From a virus (Duplodnaviria > Caudoviricetes): a stretch of DNA of 52,432 bases. The stretch lies in IMG/VR virus record IMGVR_UViG_3300047586_000094, positions 1 through 52,432 of that record, one strand, 5' to 3'. Each line of letters starts with the position of its first letter. Position 1 is the first letter of the stretch. This document shows, in pieces, positions 9,573-18,447 of the stretch. The position numbers and the translations under genes are program-made. The notes beneath the pieces were generated by a model. The model had not been told where the DNA came from. It searched no databases and worked only from the letters and a program-made list of their open reading frames with translations.

Positions 9573-10233
9573 ACCAGTAACTGCAATTTTCTTTTCATGC
9601 AAACGTTTAGCACTTCTAAAGAAGACAATAACATCCTTCATAGTTTCAAATACTTATCCTTTAGAAGAGATTATCATAGTTAATGATAGTGGGAATGAGT
9701 TAATTCATTCTCTTTTACAAAAGCAATATCCTGATTGTACTTTGGTTTTACACCCGCACAATATTGGTTTAATTGCCAGCATTGATTTAGGATATAGACA
9801 CATCAAAACAGAATACTTCTTTCATAGTGAAGATGATTGGTGTTGTAATGGGAAGGGGGGATTTATCGAGAAATCTTTAGAGATTATGACTATACGACCT
9901 GATATTGAGGAAGTGTGGTTGGCTGATATGAATGCTCATCCTTTGGAGGCTGAAGTACTTCGTGCCGGAAGGACTGAATATCGGCTGGTTGCTCAGAATT
10001 TTCAAGGTGATTGGCATGGCTTTTCAACAGCTTGTGGGCTGAAGAGAATAAGTGATTATTGTAGGGTTGCACCATACGTAGCTATTCCTTGGGAAAAAAC
10101 CATTTGGCATAGGGAACAGGCTATTGGTTTGGAGTATTATAAATTGGGTTATCGATCAGCAATACTGATGGATGAATATGTATATAACATTGGAATGGGA
10201 CAAAGTGAATACGTTACAGGACTTGAAAAATAA
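9565..10233 (+). CDS. glycosyltransferase family 2
   Basis: IIIVNDS; FFHSEDDW (DxD-like). Confidence 0.8.
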   Translation: MNEPVTAIFFSCKRLALLKKTITSFIVSNTYPLEEIIIVNDSGNELIHSLLQKQYPDCTLVLHPHNIGLIASIDLGYRHIKTEYFFHSEDDWCCNGKGGFIEKSLEIMTIRPDIEEVWLADMNAHPLEAEVLRAGRTEYRLVAQNFQGDWHGFSTACGLKRISDYCRVAPYVAIPWEKTIWHREQAIGLEYYKLGYRSAILMDEYVYNIGMGQSEYVTGLEK

Positions 10234-10238
10234 ATGAT

Positions 10239-10727
10239 ATGCCAGGAAGTGTAGAATTATTTAAGCGTTACCCCAACAGAATGTTTATTGAAACTGGAAG
10301 TGCTTACGGGGATGGTATTCAACAAGCATTGGATGCAGGGTTTGAGAATGTGATTTCTATAGAAACATCAAAAGAGTTTTATGATCACTGCGTAGAACGG
10401 TTTAAAGGGGATTATCGGGTTGTCCTCGTTCATGGAGATAGCCGGGAGGAGCTTAAGCACGTCCCTGAGATACCATTCCCGATAACGTTCTGGCTGGATG
10501 GTCACAATGAAGATGATTATCCATTGCTGGCAGAGCTTCAGGCCATAGGTCTTTCAGATATTAAGACTCATACCATATTGATTGATGATCTACGGATGTT
10601 AGATATTGTAAAGCATGGGTTGAGTATAAAAGTTTTAACCGAGAAAATGCTGGAGATCAATCCTAATTATCAGTTTTGTTTTGAGAATGGACATGTTGCA
10701 AATGATATATTAGTTGCGAAGATATGA
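10239..10727 (+). CDS. SAM-dependent methyltransferase-like protein
   Basis: FIETGS..GDG, ISIE, GDS, FWLDGH, ILIDD. Confidence 0.75.
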   Translation: MPGSVELFKRYPNRMFIETGSAYGDGIQQALDAGFENVISIETSKEFYDHCVERFKGDYRVVLVHGDSREELKHVPEIPFPITFWLDGHNEDDYPLLAELQAIGLSDIKTHTILIDDLRMLDIVKHGLSIKVLTEKMLEINPNYQFCFENGHVANDILVAKI

Positions 10728-11425
10728 AAATAGAAGCCTTTATTTTGTGTAACAACGAAGAGATGATAATGCCATATCTGATGAGGCATTACAATCAGTT
10801 TGCTCATGTGACAATTTTGGAAAACAACTCTACTGACAATACAGTTAAGTTAGCTAAATCGCTGGGAGCAGATGTTAATATTTATGACGTTCCGGATGAG
10901 ATCAATGATCAGTGGTACATGGATGTCAAAAACAATTGCTGGAAGGGATCCAAAGCTGACTGGGCGATTGTAGGGGATGCTGATGAGTTTGTTTATCATC
11001 CGAAGATCCTGAGCATTCTGGAAAAGACTAAAGCTACAATATTTTTGCCGAGATTATTTAATATGTTCTCAGAGAAGTTTCCCACTACACAAGGGCAGAT
11101 TTATGAAGAAGTCAATATGGGGATTGAAGGTGGTGGTAAAATGAATTTATTTCGACCATCAGCTATTAAAGAGATAAATTATGATGCTGGTTGTCACTCG
11201 GCTCATCCTGTTGGAGACGTTCAATTGGATGTTAATAGTCCTATTATGACACTTCATATGAGAAACTTATCAAAAGAATATGTGATTGATCGTAATGCCA
11301 GGGCAGCAGCTCGGCTGAGTCAATTGAATAAAGATATGAAATGGGGATATCATTATAATGCTACCCCAGAAGAGATTAGTAAATATTTTGATGATTCAAT
11401 GACAGCTTTAATTAAAGTAGTATGA
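10724..11425 (+). CDS. glycosyltransferase family 2-like
   Basis: NEE, ENNSTD, DADEF motifs. Confidence 0.8.
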   Translation: MKIEAFILCNNEEMIMPYLMRHYNQFAHVTILENNSTDNTVKLAKSLGADVNIYDVPDEINDQWYMDVKNNCWKGSKADWAIVGDADEFVYHPKILSILEKTKATIFLPRLFNMFSEKFPTTQGQIYEEVNMGIEGGGKMNLFRPSAIKEINYDAGCHSAHPVGDVQLDVNSPIMTLHMRNLSKEYVIDRNARAAARLSQLNKDMKWGYHYNATPEEISKYFDDSMTALIKVV

Positions 11426-12009
11426 CGTTACATATCATTTGTGTGGCTTATAATCGAGCAATCCCCCTGAGGATATTAATAGACTCATTTATGGTGCAAA
11501 CTAATCCTAATTGGCAATTACATATCATTCATGATGGTCCAGCCCTGACTGATGTAAAACAAGTCATTAAATTATATAAACATGAATCCCGGGTACATTA
11601 TGAAGAAACTTTTAAAAGAAACGCATGTTGGGGACATCCCAATCGGAAAATGATGTTGGAGAAAATACAAACAGCTGATGGTGATTTTATATTAATGACC
11701 AACGATGATAACTATTATGTCCCGGTTTTTGTAGAGTATTTTCTGAACAAATGTAGCACGAATGCTGGTATGGGTTATTGTAATACTATTCATAACTATA
11801 TGAAGTATAGTGTTTTATATACCCGGGTGAAAGAGAATTATATAGATATGGGATCATTCATAGTTCGGGCAGATATAGCAAAATCTATAGGATTTAAACA
11901 TATGCATGAACAAGCGGATGGACGTTATGCAGAGGAGTGTGCAGCCAGTTGTTTGGAGAAACATTTGTCAGTCATGTATATTGACAAACCTCTGTTTGTC
12001 CACAATTAA
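11422..12009 (+). CDS. glycosyltransferase family 2
   Basis: IIHDGP; TNDDNYY; IDMG. Confidence 0.8.
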   Translation: MTLHIICVAYNRAIPLRILIDSFMVQTNPNWQLHIIHDGPALTDVKQVIKLYKHESRVHYEETFKRNACWGHPNRKMMLEKIQTADGDFILMTNDDNYYVPVFVEYFLNKCSTNAGMGYCNTIHNYMKYSVLYTRVKENYIDMGSFIVRADIAKSIGFKHMHEQADGRYAEECAASCLEKHLSVMYIDKPLFVHN

Positions 12010-12014
12010 GATTA

Positions 12015-12043
12015 ATTTTAAAAAACTTTATTTATTTTTAAAT
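12015..12043 (+). promoter_or_regulatory. degenerate copy of shared promoter motif
   Basis: ATTTTAAAAAACTTTATTTATTTTTAAAT, similar to 13824, 41059 and 48711. Confidence 0.4.
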
Positions 12044-12044
12044 C

Positions 12045-12464
12045 GTGGGACTAATCCGTTTAATATTAGCAAGACAACTTAATCCTAACGAAACAAAAGG
12101 GTTATACATCGTTTTGAATGATAATGAAGAAGTGTTTCGTTGTTGTTGTTTAGAGCTTCCCTGGCTAAATAATCTTCCAGATAAGAGTTGTATTCCTCCG
12201 GGAATTTACTGGTGTAAGAAAGTAAATACTCCGGAGCATCCCAATTCGTTTTTGATTGAAAATGTTCCAGGGCGGGAGGGAATAGAAATTCATATTGGAA
12301 ATTTTGCTACTGGAGAAAAGATTAATACATTGGGATGTCAACTTCCAGGGTTGAGTTTTGAAGATATTGATGGGAATGGTCTGTTGGATGTAACAGGTAG
12401 CACAATAGCAATGACAGTCTTAAATTATTTTCTTCCTCAGACTTTTCAGATTATAATTGTATAA
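12045..12464 (+). CDS. DUF5675 family protein (putative cell-wall enzyme)
   Basis: LELPW, SCIPPGIY, VPGREGIEIHIGN, GC motifs. Confidence 0.8.
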   Translation: MGLIRLILARQLNPNETKGLYIVLNDNEEVFRCCCLELPWLNNLPDKSCIPPGIYWCKKVNTPEHPNSFLIENVPGREGIEIHIGNFATGEKINTLGCQLPGLSFEDIDGNGLLDVTGSTIAMTVLNYFLPQTFQIIIV

Positions 12465-12491
12465 TATATTATAATTTAAAAAGAATGTAAG

Positions 12492-12677
12492 ATGAGCAAA
12501 TTATTTCCAAACAAAACCAGCAAAAAAGTAACAGCTATTATTGTATTAATAGTTTGTGGTATTTTAATGATCCCGGCATATACGAATGAACATCTTATTG
12601 TTTTAGTTATTATAGGAGAATTCTTTTTATGGGATGCTTGCTGGTTAGTTGATTTAACTGAACATAAAATGATATGA
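12492..12677 (+). CDS. small two-TM membrane protein
   Basis: 61 aa, two hydrophobic segments. Confidence 0.5.
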   Translation: MSKLFPNKTSKKVTAIIVLIVCGILMIPAYTNEHLIVLVIIGEFFLWDACWLVDLTEHKMI

Positions 12678-12804
12678 TATTGGAGAAGTGGTTTCACAAA
12701 TGTACCTTCGTACATAACTATATATTCAGAGATATAAGTTTTTTAGTTTAGTACTATTTTTTACAAATCCCATTAGCCACTTCTCCTTCTTTTTAAAATT
12801 AAAC

Positions 12805-12815
12805 GTTCTTTGAAG
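12805..12815 (+). promoter_or_regulatory. boxA-like antitermination element
   Basis: GTTCTTTGAAG immediately upstream of the tmRNA acceptor piece; resembles stable-RNA operon boxA. Confidence 0.45.
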
Positions 12816-13200
12816 ATATTGTTATTGGAGATTTATAGAGTAGTTTGTTTGGACCGGGGTTCGACTCCCCGCAGCTCCACAATTGAGTGGTTGATCTGAA
12901 TTAACAGGGACGTCAAGGCAATTACGGTATTGCCAACCACTCTTCGCCTCACTAGTAGGTGGTAACTGAATGGATATTGGTTAGCAATAAGGCCGGAAAG
13001 ATTAGTAATACTCATCAAATATGGCAATTAGTCTAATGACAGTAAAGGTTACGTAAATCCTACCTTCGGGGCTGACATGGTTTTGACAGCAGATGAGGGA
13101 AATAAATCAATGAAGGTAACAAGCATGCCCATTAAACGGCAAAACAATCAACATGGTCGAAAGACCACAGGCTTTACGCTTAGCAGCATAAGCCGACTGA
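12816..13200 (+). ncRNA. ssrA: circularly permuted (two-piece) tmRNA
   Basis: 3' module comes first: T-arm CGGGG-TTCGACT-CCCCG (12855-12871), acceptor strand CAGCTCC-A (12872-12879). 5' module is downstream: GGGGCTG-ACATGGTTTTGAC from 13068. They form a 7-bp acceptor stem with G3.U70. Tag ORF 13138-13191 encodes GKTINMVERPQALRLAA*. Outer boundaries are approximate. Confidence 0.92.
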
Positions 13201-13230
13201 GGGGGCACTCAGGTAGTGCTCCCCTCTTTT
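13199..13230 (+). terminator. intrinsic terminator after tmRNA
   Basis: GAGGGGGCACT-caggt-AGTGCTCCCCTC hairpin followed by TTTT. Confidence 0.85.
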
Positions 13231-13261
13231 ATTAAATTAGTAGAAACCAAAAACACAAGTA

Positions 13262-13813
13262 ATGAAAAAATTTATGTTTTTAGTCTTATTATTTAGTATT
13301 CATTTTTCACTGGGGGTTGGTTCACAATACACAACCATCTACATTACAAAGGCACGAAGTATTATCAAACCTCCGGAGAAAGTAAATGTTGAATTTCGAT
13401 TATTTATTACACACTTAGGATTAATAGAATCATCTAATCAATGGAAGATCATCAATCCTATTGGATGCATGGGGAAGTATCAATTTACTCAGGCAACACT
13501 TGAACGCTTGGGATATATGGGAATAACCCCTCAGCGGTTTAAAGATAATCCTGATATCTTTCCCGAATCAATACAAGAACAAGCAATGCGGGAATTGGTA
13601 AAGAGTAATCAAAAACAATTAACTAAATCTTTTCAATATATTGGACAGATTATAAATGGTGTCAGGATCACCAAGGCAGGATTGTTAGCTGCCAGTCATT
13701 TAGCTGGGGTAGGTGGTGTTCAAAGATATCTGACAACCAGTCATAATGCTACAGATATAAATGGTACTTCAGTTCAGAAATATCTTAGAGAATTTCAGGA
13801 GTATCAGATCTGA
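13262..13813 (+). CDS. lysozyme/lytic transglycosylase-like protein with N-terminal signal or anchor (endolysin candidate)
   Basis: IESS catalytic Glu, GKYQF, LAASHLAG; hydrophobic N-terminus. Confidence 0.75.
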   Translation: MKKFMFLVLLFSIHFSLGVGSQYTTIYITKARSIIKPPEKVNVEFRLFITHLGLIESSNQWKIINPIGCMGKYQFTQATLERLGYMGITPQRFKDNPDIFPESIQEQAMRELVKSNQKQLTKSFQYIGQIINGVRITKAGLLAASHLAGVGGVQRYLTTSHNATDINGTSVQKYLREFQEYQI

Positions 13814-13823
13814 AAAAAATTAA

Positions 13824-13860
13824 TTTTTAAAAAGTTTATATATTTTTATATCATATTTGG
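13824..13860 (+). promoter_or_regulatory. shared (putative late) promoter motif
   Basis: TTTTTAAAAAGTTTATATATTTTTATATCATATTTGG; 34/37 identical to 41059-41095. Confidence 0.7.
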
Positions 13861-13885
13861 TTGTAAAATTGATATGATATAAAAG

Positions 13886-14719
13886 ATGAATGCAATTACC
13901 AAAGGTGAATTTCTTCAAATGGTGAAGCTTCAACACTTAGAAGTTCTCACACCTGAGCAGATGGCTCAAAACACCAATACCATAAAGACATATATTGAAA
14001 AGGCTTCAGTTGAAGAACTGACTGAACTGGAGAAAGCTACGGCTAACACTTTAATTGCAGAAGTTGGTGAATTCACCTGTTGGAACGTTCTCAGGGATGA
14101 TTTCTCGAAAGCAGTTGTATATACTCGTCCGGAGCAGGTCGTGTGGGATGAGCCTGTAAAGGGAGAGTTTGGTGAAATCATTAAGGCTAAAGGTGGAATT
14201 TATAAACCTACTGCTGAGAATAAGAAGCTGGGGCGTGTTGGTCAAAAGTATGGTGAAGGAAAAAAGGATATTTTTCCAAAAGGTGATCTAACTAAGGAAA
14301 AAGAAAAGTACGAGGCAGATGCAGCATCGAGTAGAGCCAGAGATCATTTTGAAAAAGAAGGTGATGAGAATGAGACGCCTGAAAAAGTAAAATATGATGC
14401 CATTCAGAAGAAATATGACGATGCTGTTGCTAGAGGTGATTATGCTGCTGCTGAAAGATATGCTAACGCACATGCTGTTCAAGGAGCTCTTGTTCGTGAA
14501 GAATGGGATAAACATCATCTTAAATCAGGTGTAAGTAAACCAGGAAATAGAGAAGCATATGATGAGATGACTCGCTATGGTCATATTCCTATAATTGGAG
14601 ATGAAAAAGATTCTAATTACTACCCTGATATAGATTATTCAAAACACTTAGCTGATGCTGAAAGAAAATATGGTAAGGGAAATTATACACATGATAAATC
14701 AGGAAATAAAAGAAAATAA
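13886..14719 (+). CDS. putative processed internal head protein
   Basis: Several xxK|A sites; carries the KAKGGIYKPTAENKKLGRVGQKYG module shared with 38767..40173. Confidence 0.55.
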   Translation: MNAITKGEFLQMVKLQHLEVLTPEQMAQNTNTIKTYIEKASVEELTELEKATANTLIAEVGEFTCWNVLRDDFSKAVVYTRPEQVVWDEPVKGEFGEIIKAKGGIYKPTAENKKLGRVGQKYGEGKKDIFPKGDLTKEKEKYEADAASSRARDHFEKEGDENETPEKVKYDAIQKKYDDAVARGDYAAAERYANAHAVQGALVREEWDKHHLKSGVSKPGNREAYDEMTRYGHIPIIGDEKDSNYYPDIDYSKHLADAERKYGKGNYTHDKSGNKRK

Positions 14720-14753
14720 TATATTTGATTCAATCATAAACAGATAATAAAGA

Positions 14754-15089
14754 ATGAAAACATTAGTATTCGAGAATAGTGTAGGACAACTTGTAGAACT
14801 TCTTACTGATCTGATAGATGGTAATGAGTCATTTACTATTTATCAAATTCAGTATCGGGATGCAAATGGCAAAATGCAGATAGGTTTGTCAGATGCTTTG
14901 ATAACAGCCGGATTTGGTTATATGAGTGTGGGTATGTCAGGTGATTTGGGAGCAGTCAGAGTAGCAGCTGCTGAACTTGGATATACCGTAACGGCCACTG
15001 AGACTGGCAAGGAAGATGTTGTTATTTATCAGGGCACTTATTATGGAGGTGCTATCGGCGTAGATCTTCTTGATGAATATATGTATTAA
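14754..15089 (+). CDS. hypothetical protein
   Basis: 111 aa ORF. Confidence 0.65.
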   Translation: MKTLVFENSVGQLVELLTDLIDGNESFTIYQIQYRDANGKMQIGLSDALITAGFGYMSVGMSGDLGAVRVAAAELGYTVTATETGKEDVVIYQGTYYGGAIGVDLLDEYMY

Positions 15090-15097
15090 TAGAAGAG

Positions 15098-16000
15098 ATG
15101 ATCGAAAGAGCTGTCTTTTCATACTTCAATCCTGGAGAGTCATTTACAAATAAAGCAGGTTTTCATTTTTACAGTGACTTTTTATATACTATGGCTTTGG
15201 CTACTGAGTATGCCACCCATCATTTTCCCGTGGTACAAATAATAACAAGTACTTGGGGAGAAAAAGTATTAAGAGGTGCTGGAGTGCCTGCTACGGAATA
15301 TTCTTCGGGATTGGATTGTATGAAAAGTGTCTCCCCTTGGTTTTGGGCGTATGGTAAGCTAATTGCATATAATATGCAAACCACTCCATTTGTACATATT
15401 GATAATGATGTTTTCATGTGGAAACCTTTACCTACACGTATACGTGGTGCTGAGCTTTGCTTCCAGAGTAAGGAATATATGAATATTCCCAGTTATCAAT
15501 GGTATGATGTTTTAACTCCCTGTTGGAATACAGCTCCTGTTCGTCCGGAGATTATTGTCAGAAATCCTATCAGAGATTTTGTGTATAATTGTGGTATTTG
15601 TGGAGGACACAATCTTGAGTTCTTTAAAGAATGGATTAAGTGCAGTGCTGAATATATTTTTGCTCCGGAGAATCAACCGGTGTTTTTTGGACAATTCAAG
15701 AATGTGCTTATGCATCAGAATTTATTTCATGAACAATATTTTGCTGCTTGTTTAATTAAAGCACATAACATGCGTGGACGAGTACAGGTAATTACTGATA
15801 ACGTACAGAATTTGGTCCGGGATACTAATCGGGGATATTCTCATATGTGGGGTGTTACAAAGACTGATCAACGAGTGATTGCAAAAGTCAAAGCAAGATT
15901 AAAAGCAGAATTTCCACAATTATATAATCAGGTAACTGATTTTACTAATTCTTATCTATTTAATGAATGTCACGAAGAAGAAATAAAAGCACTGGTTTAG
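15098..16000 (+). CDS. DUF6734-like nucleotide-diphospho-sugar transferase
   Basis: WAYGKL, PFVHIDNDVF (DxD), NCGICGG, EQY. Confidence 0.7.
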   Translation: MIERAVFSYFNPGESFTNKAGFHFYSDFLYTMALATEYATHHFPVVQIITSTWGEKVLRGAGVPATEYSSGLDCMKSVSPWFWAYGKLIAYNMQTTPFVHIDNDVFMWKPLPTRIRGAELCFQSKEYMNIPSYQWYDVLTPCWNTAPVRPEIIVRNPIRDFVYNCGICGGHNLEFFKEWIKCSAEYIFAPENQPVFFGQFKNVLMHQNLFHEQYFAACLIKAHNMRGRVQVITDNVQNLVRDTNRGYSHMWGVTKTDQRVIAKVKARLKAEFPQLYNQVTDFTNSYLFNECHEEEIKALV

Positions 16001-17664
16001 CTTTACCTCAAACTTTAGAGAAGGCAGATGAAGCAATACAGAAACTGACTATTCATAAATCTTTGTTATTTGAAAAGTTAGCTGAGTCTTCTCGTCCTGA
16101 TGATGTTATGAAAGCAATTTCATATCAAAATAAACAGGCTGGGATGAATAAAGATCAGCAGAAAGCCTTTTTATTTGCTCCTGATAATGAGTTTTATACT
16201 GGACAAGGATATAAGCCGGCAATAAAGATTGTTCCTTTTGAATTCTTACGTTCGATGGGGACAACTCCGGTGGTCTTTTCAGTTATTAGCACAAGGTTAA
16301 ATCAACTATTGGAATTTAGTAATTTCTCAGTCGATTTAGATCGTCCGGGATGGACAATTCGTAAAAAGATTTCCAGGTTTGAGAAAGATTACGAAAATAC
16401 AGATCAAGACAAACGAGCTATTGAAAAGATAGTGGACTTCCTGGAGAATGGTGGAATCAATGCCAAGTTCACAATTCATGATGACTTTCATGATTTTCTA
16501 AAAGTGTTTCCACGGGATTTATTGGAATTGGATCAGGGTTGTTTTGAGTTACAAAGAACTCGTGGTGGAGACCTTTTAAATTATAATACTGTCGATTCTT
16601 CTACAATTCGTTTGTTGGAGACGATTGATCCAAATTACAGGGATGATAAAAAGTACGTACCTCAGACATTTAAGGATGATGAATATTATCCATTCTATTG
16701 TCAGGTCTGGCGGGAAAGATTAATGCAAAATCCAAAAACCAAACAGGATATTATTTGGTATCCTTGGGAAATGTGTTTTGCTATCCGTAATAAACAATCA
16801 TCTATAATGGCTAATGGCTATGGACAATCTGAATTGGAAGTCCTGATGAGGATTGTGACTTGGTTATTGGAGTCCATGGAATATAACGGTCGTTTTTTTA
16901 GCAATGGAAGCAACCCTCGTGGCTTTTTTACGATGAAAGGTGGGGTGGATCCAAAGATGTTAAATGACTTCCGAATGGCTTGGAGATCAATGGTTACGGG
17001 ATGGCAGAATGCACATAAGGTTCCAATCTTTGAAGCTGACAAGATTGATTGGGTTGATATGCAAAACACTAACAGAGAAATGGAGTTTTCAAAGTGGATG
17101 GAACTTTTAACTTTAATCACTTGTGCAGTATATAAAACAGATCCTTCGGAGATTGGTTTCAAATCAGGACAGACAAATCAATTGTTTGGGGAGAGTGGAC
17201 AAAAACAACGTCTGGAACATTCCAGGGATAAAGGACTCAAACCACTTTTGAAAGTTGTTGGAAAGAATGTTGATAAATTTATTGTCAGTGAATTAAATCC
17301 TAACTACGAATTTATATGGACTGGGGTTGATATTGAAGATGAAACCACTAAATTGGAGAATGATGTTAAGAAGTTAGCCAATGGAATGGTTGCAATGCAG
17401 GATAAATTCAAAGAATATTCCGGAAGGGAATTTGATCCGGAGAAAGATATTATTTTGAGTTCAGTTTATCAGCAATCAAAACAAATGGCTGCTTTTGGTG
17501 GTCAGGGAATGAATGGTGTGGTAGATCAGGAAAATGGAGGAGAAGATATTGGACAGAAGAATCCTTTTGATGATTTTGAAAACGATATGCAGAAGGGAAA
17601 AAGCTCAGATCCAATAATGAGTGAGTTAATTAATTATATTAACAAAGAAATAATAACAAAATAA
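15967..17664 (+). CDS. portal protein
   Basis: 565 aa; GYGQSELE, YNGRFFSNGSNPRG, EMEFSKW, DPSEIGF, SRDKGLKPLL match SPO1/Twort-like portals. Confidence 0.92.
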   Translation: MSRRRNKSTGLALPQTLEKADEAIQKLTIHKSLLFEKLAESSRPDDVMKAISYQNKQAGMNKDQQKAFLFAPDNEFYTGQGYKPAIKIVPFEFLRSMGTTPVVFSVISTRLNQLLEFSNFSVDLDRPGWTIRKKISRFEKDYENTDQDKRAIEKIVDFLENGGINAKFTIHDDFHDFLKVFPRDLLELDQGCFELQRTRGGDLLNYNTVDSSTIRLLETIDPNYRDDKKYVPQTFKDDEYYPFYCQVWRERLMQNPKTKQDIIWYPWEMCFAIRNKQSSIMANGYGQSELEVLMRIVTWLLESMEYNGRFFSNGSNPRGFFTMKGGVDPKMLNDFRMAWRSMVTGWQNAHKVPIFEADKIDWVDMQNTNREMEFSKWMELLTLITCAVYKTDPSEIGFKSGQTNQLFGESGQKQRLEHSRDKGLKPLLKVVGKNVDKFIVSELNPNYEFIWTGVDIEDETTKLENDVKKLANGMVAMQDKFKEYSGREFDPEKDIILSSVYQQSKQMAAFGGQGMNGVVDQENGGEDIGQKNPFDDFENDMQKGKSSDPIMSELINYINKEIITK

Positions 17665-17665
17665 A

Positions 17666-18427
17666 ATGGATAATTCATTAGTGCTTTGTACAGGAAAGCT
17701 TCCGAAAAAGGAAGATCGATTAGATCGCACATTACTCTTTGCTAAATATGTAGGAACCTTAGCTCCTCCTCAACTGACATATGATGGTCTGATGAGGATT
17801 TATAATAATTTAGGAATAACTGACCCTGGAAAGTTATTTCCTATGGATGGCAATGATCAGCTTGGTGATTGTGTCATGGCAGGGGGTGCACATATACTTA
17901 CAAATTGGTATGGAATGATAAATAAAAAGAAAATTCCTACAAGATGTGCTACTGTTCGTCAATATAAACATCTCACCGGAGGTCAGGATACAGGACTTAA
18001 TATGCTTGATACTCTTAATTATTGGAGGCAACATGGTCTGTTTGGTGAAAAGATTGATGCTTTTGTTGAAAATAATATAAAGAATCAGATGCAGCTAATG
18101 CAGAGCATCTCAGTTTTTGGTGGTCTTTATTTTGGAGCTAACCTTCAGGTTGGAGCACAAGATGATTTCCGGGCAGGTCGAATATGGACAAAAGGACCTT
18201 TAAGTGGTGATGGACATTGCATGGTTATTTTAAGTTATGATCAGAATGGTGTTACTCTTCTGACTTGGGGAGCTATTCAGAAAGCTGATTGGGATTGGGT
18301 CTTCTGCTGCTTGGATGAAGGATATACAATTCTTCCTAAAGAAGCTGAAAAAGTAGGATTTGCTCCGGGATATGATTTTGCAACTCTTGAACAGGATTTA
18401 ACAGCAGTTACTGCTATTGCAGCATAA
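17666..18427 (+). CDS. papain-like cysteine peptidase
   Basis: NDQLGDCV (Cys), GHCM (His), TWG. Confidence 0.75.
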   Translation: MDNSLVLCTGKLPKKEDRLDRTLLFAKYVGTLAPPQLTYDGLMRIYNNLGITDPGKLFPMDGNDQLGDCVMAGGAHILTNWYGMINKKKIPTRCATVRQYKHLTGGQDTGLNMLDTLNYWRQHGLFGEKIDAFVENNIKNQMQLMQSISVFGGLYFGANLQVGAQDDFRAGRIWTKGPLSGDGHCMVILSYDQNGVTLLTWGAIQKADWDWVFCCLDEGYTILPKEAEKVGFAPGYDFATLEQDLTAVTAIAA

Positions 18428-18447
18428 ATATTATTGTTTAATTAAAA

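Noticed and set aside
12851-12882. Stand-alone tRNA gene
   Set aside because: T-arm and acceptor 3' strand are present but there is no upstream acceptor 5' strand or anticodon arm; the complement lies downstream at 13068, so this is a permuted tmRNA
12885-12942. Hammerhead ribozyme in the tmRNA spacer
   Set aside because: Multi-stem fold is present but the CUGANGA and GAAA core motifs are not
12833-13027. Minus-strand 64-aa ORF
   Set aside because: Antisense to the tmRNA; VELRGVEPRS is the typical shadow translation of a tmRNA 3' end
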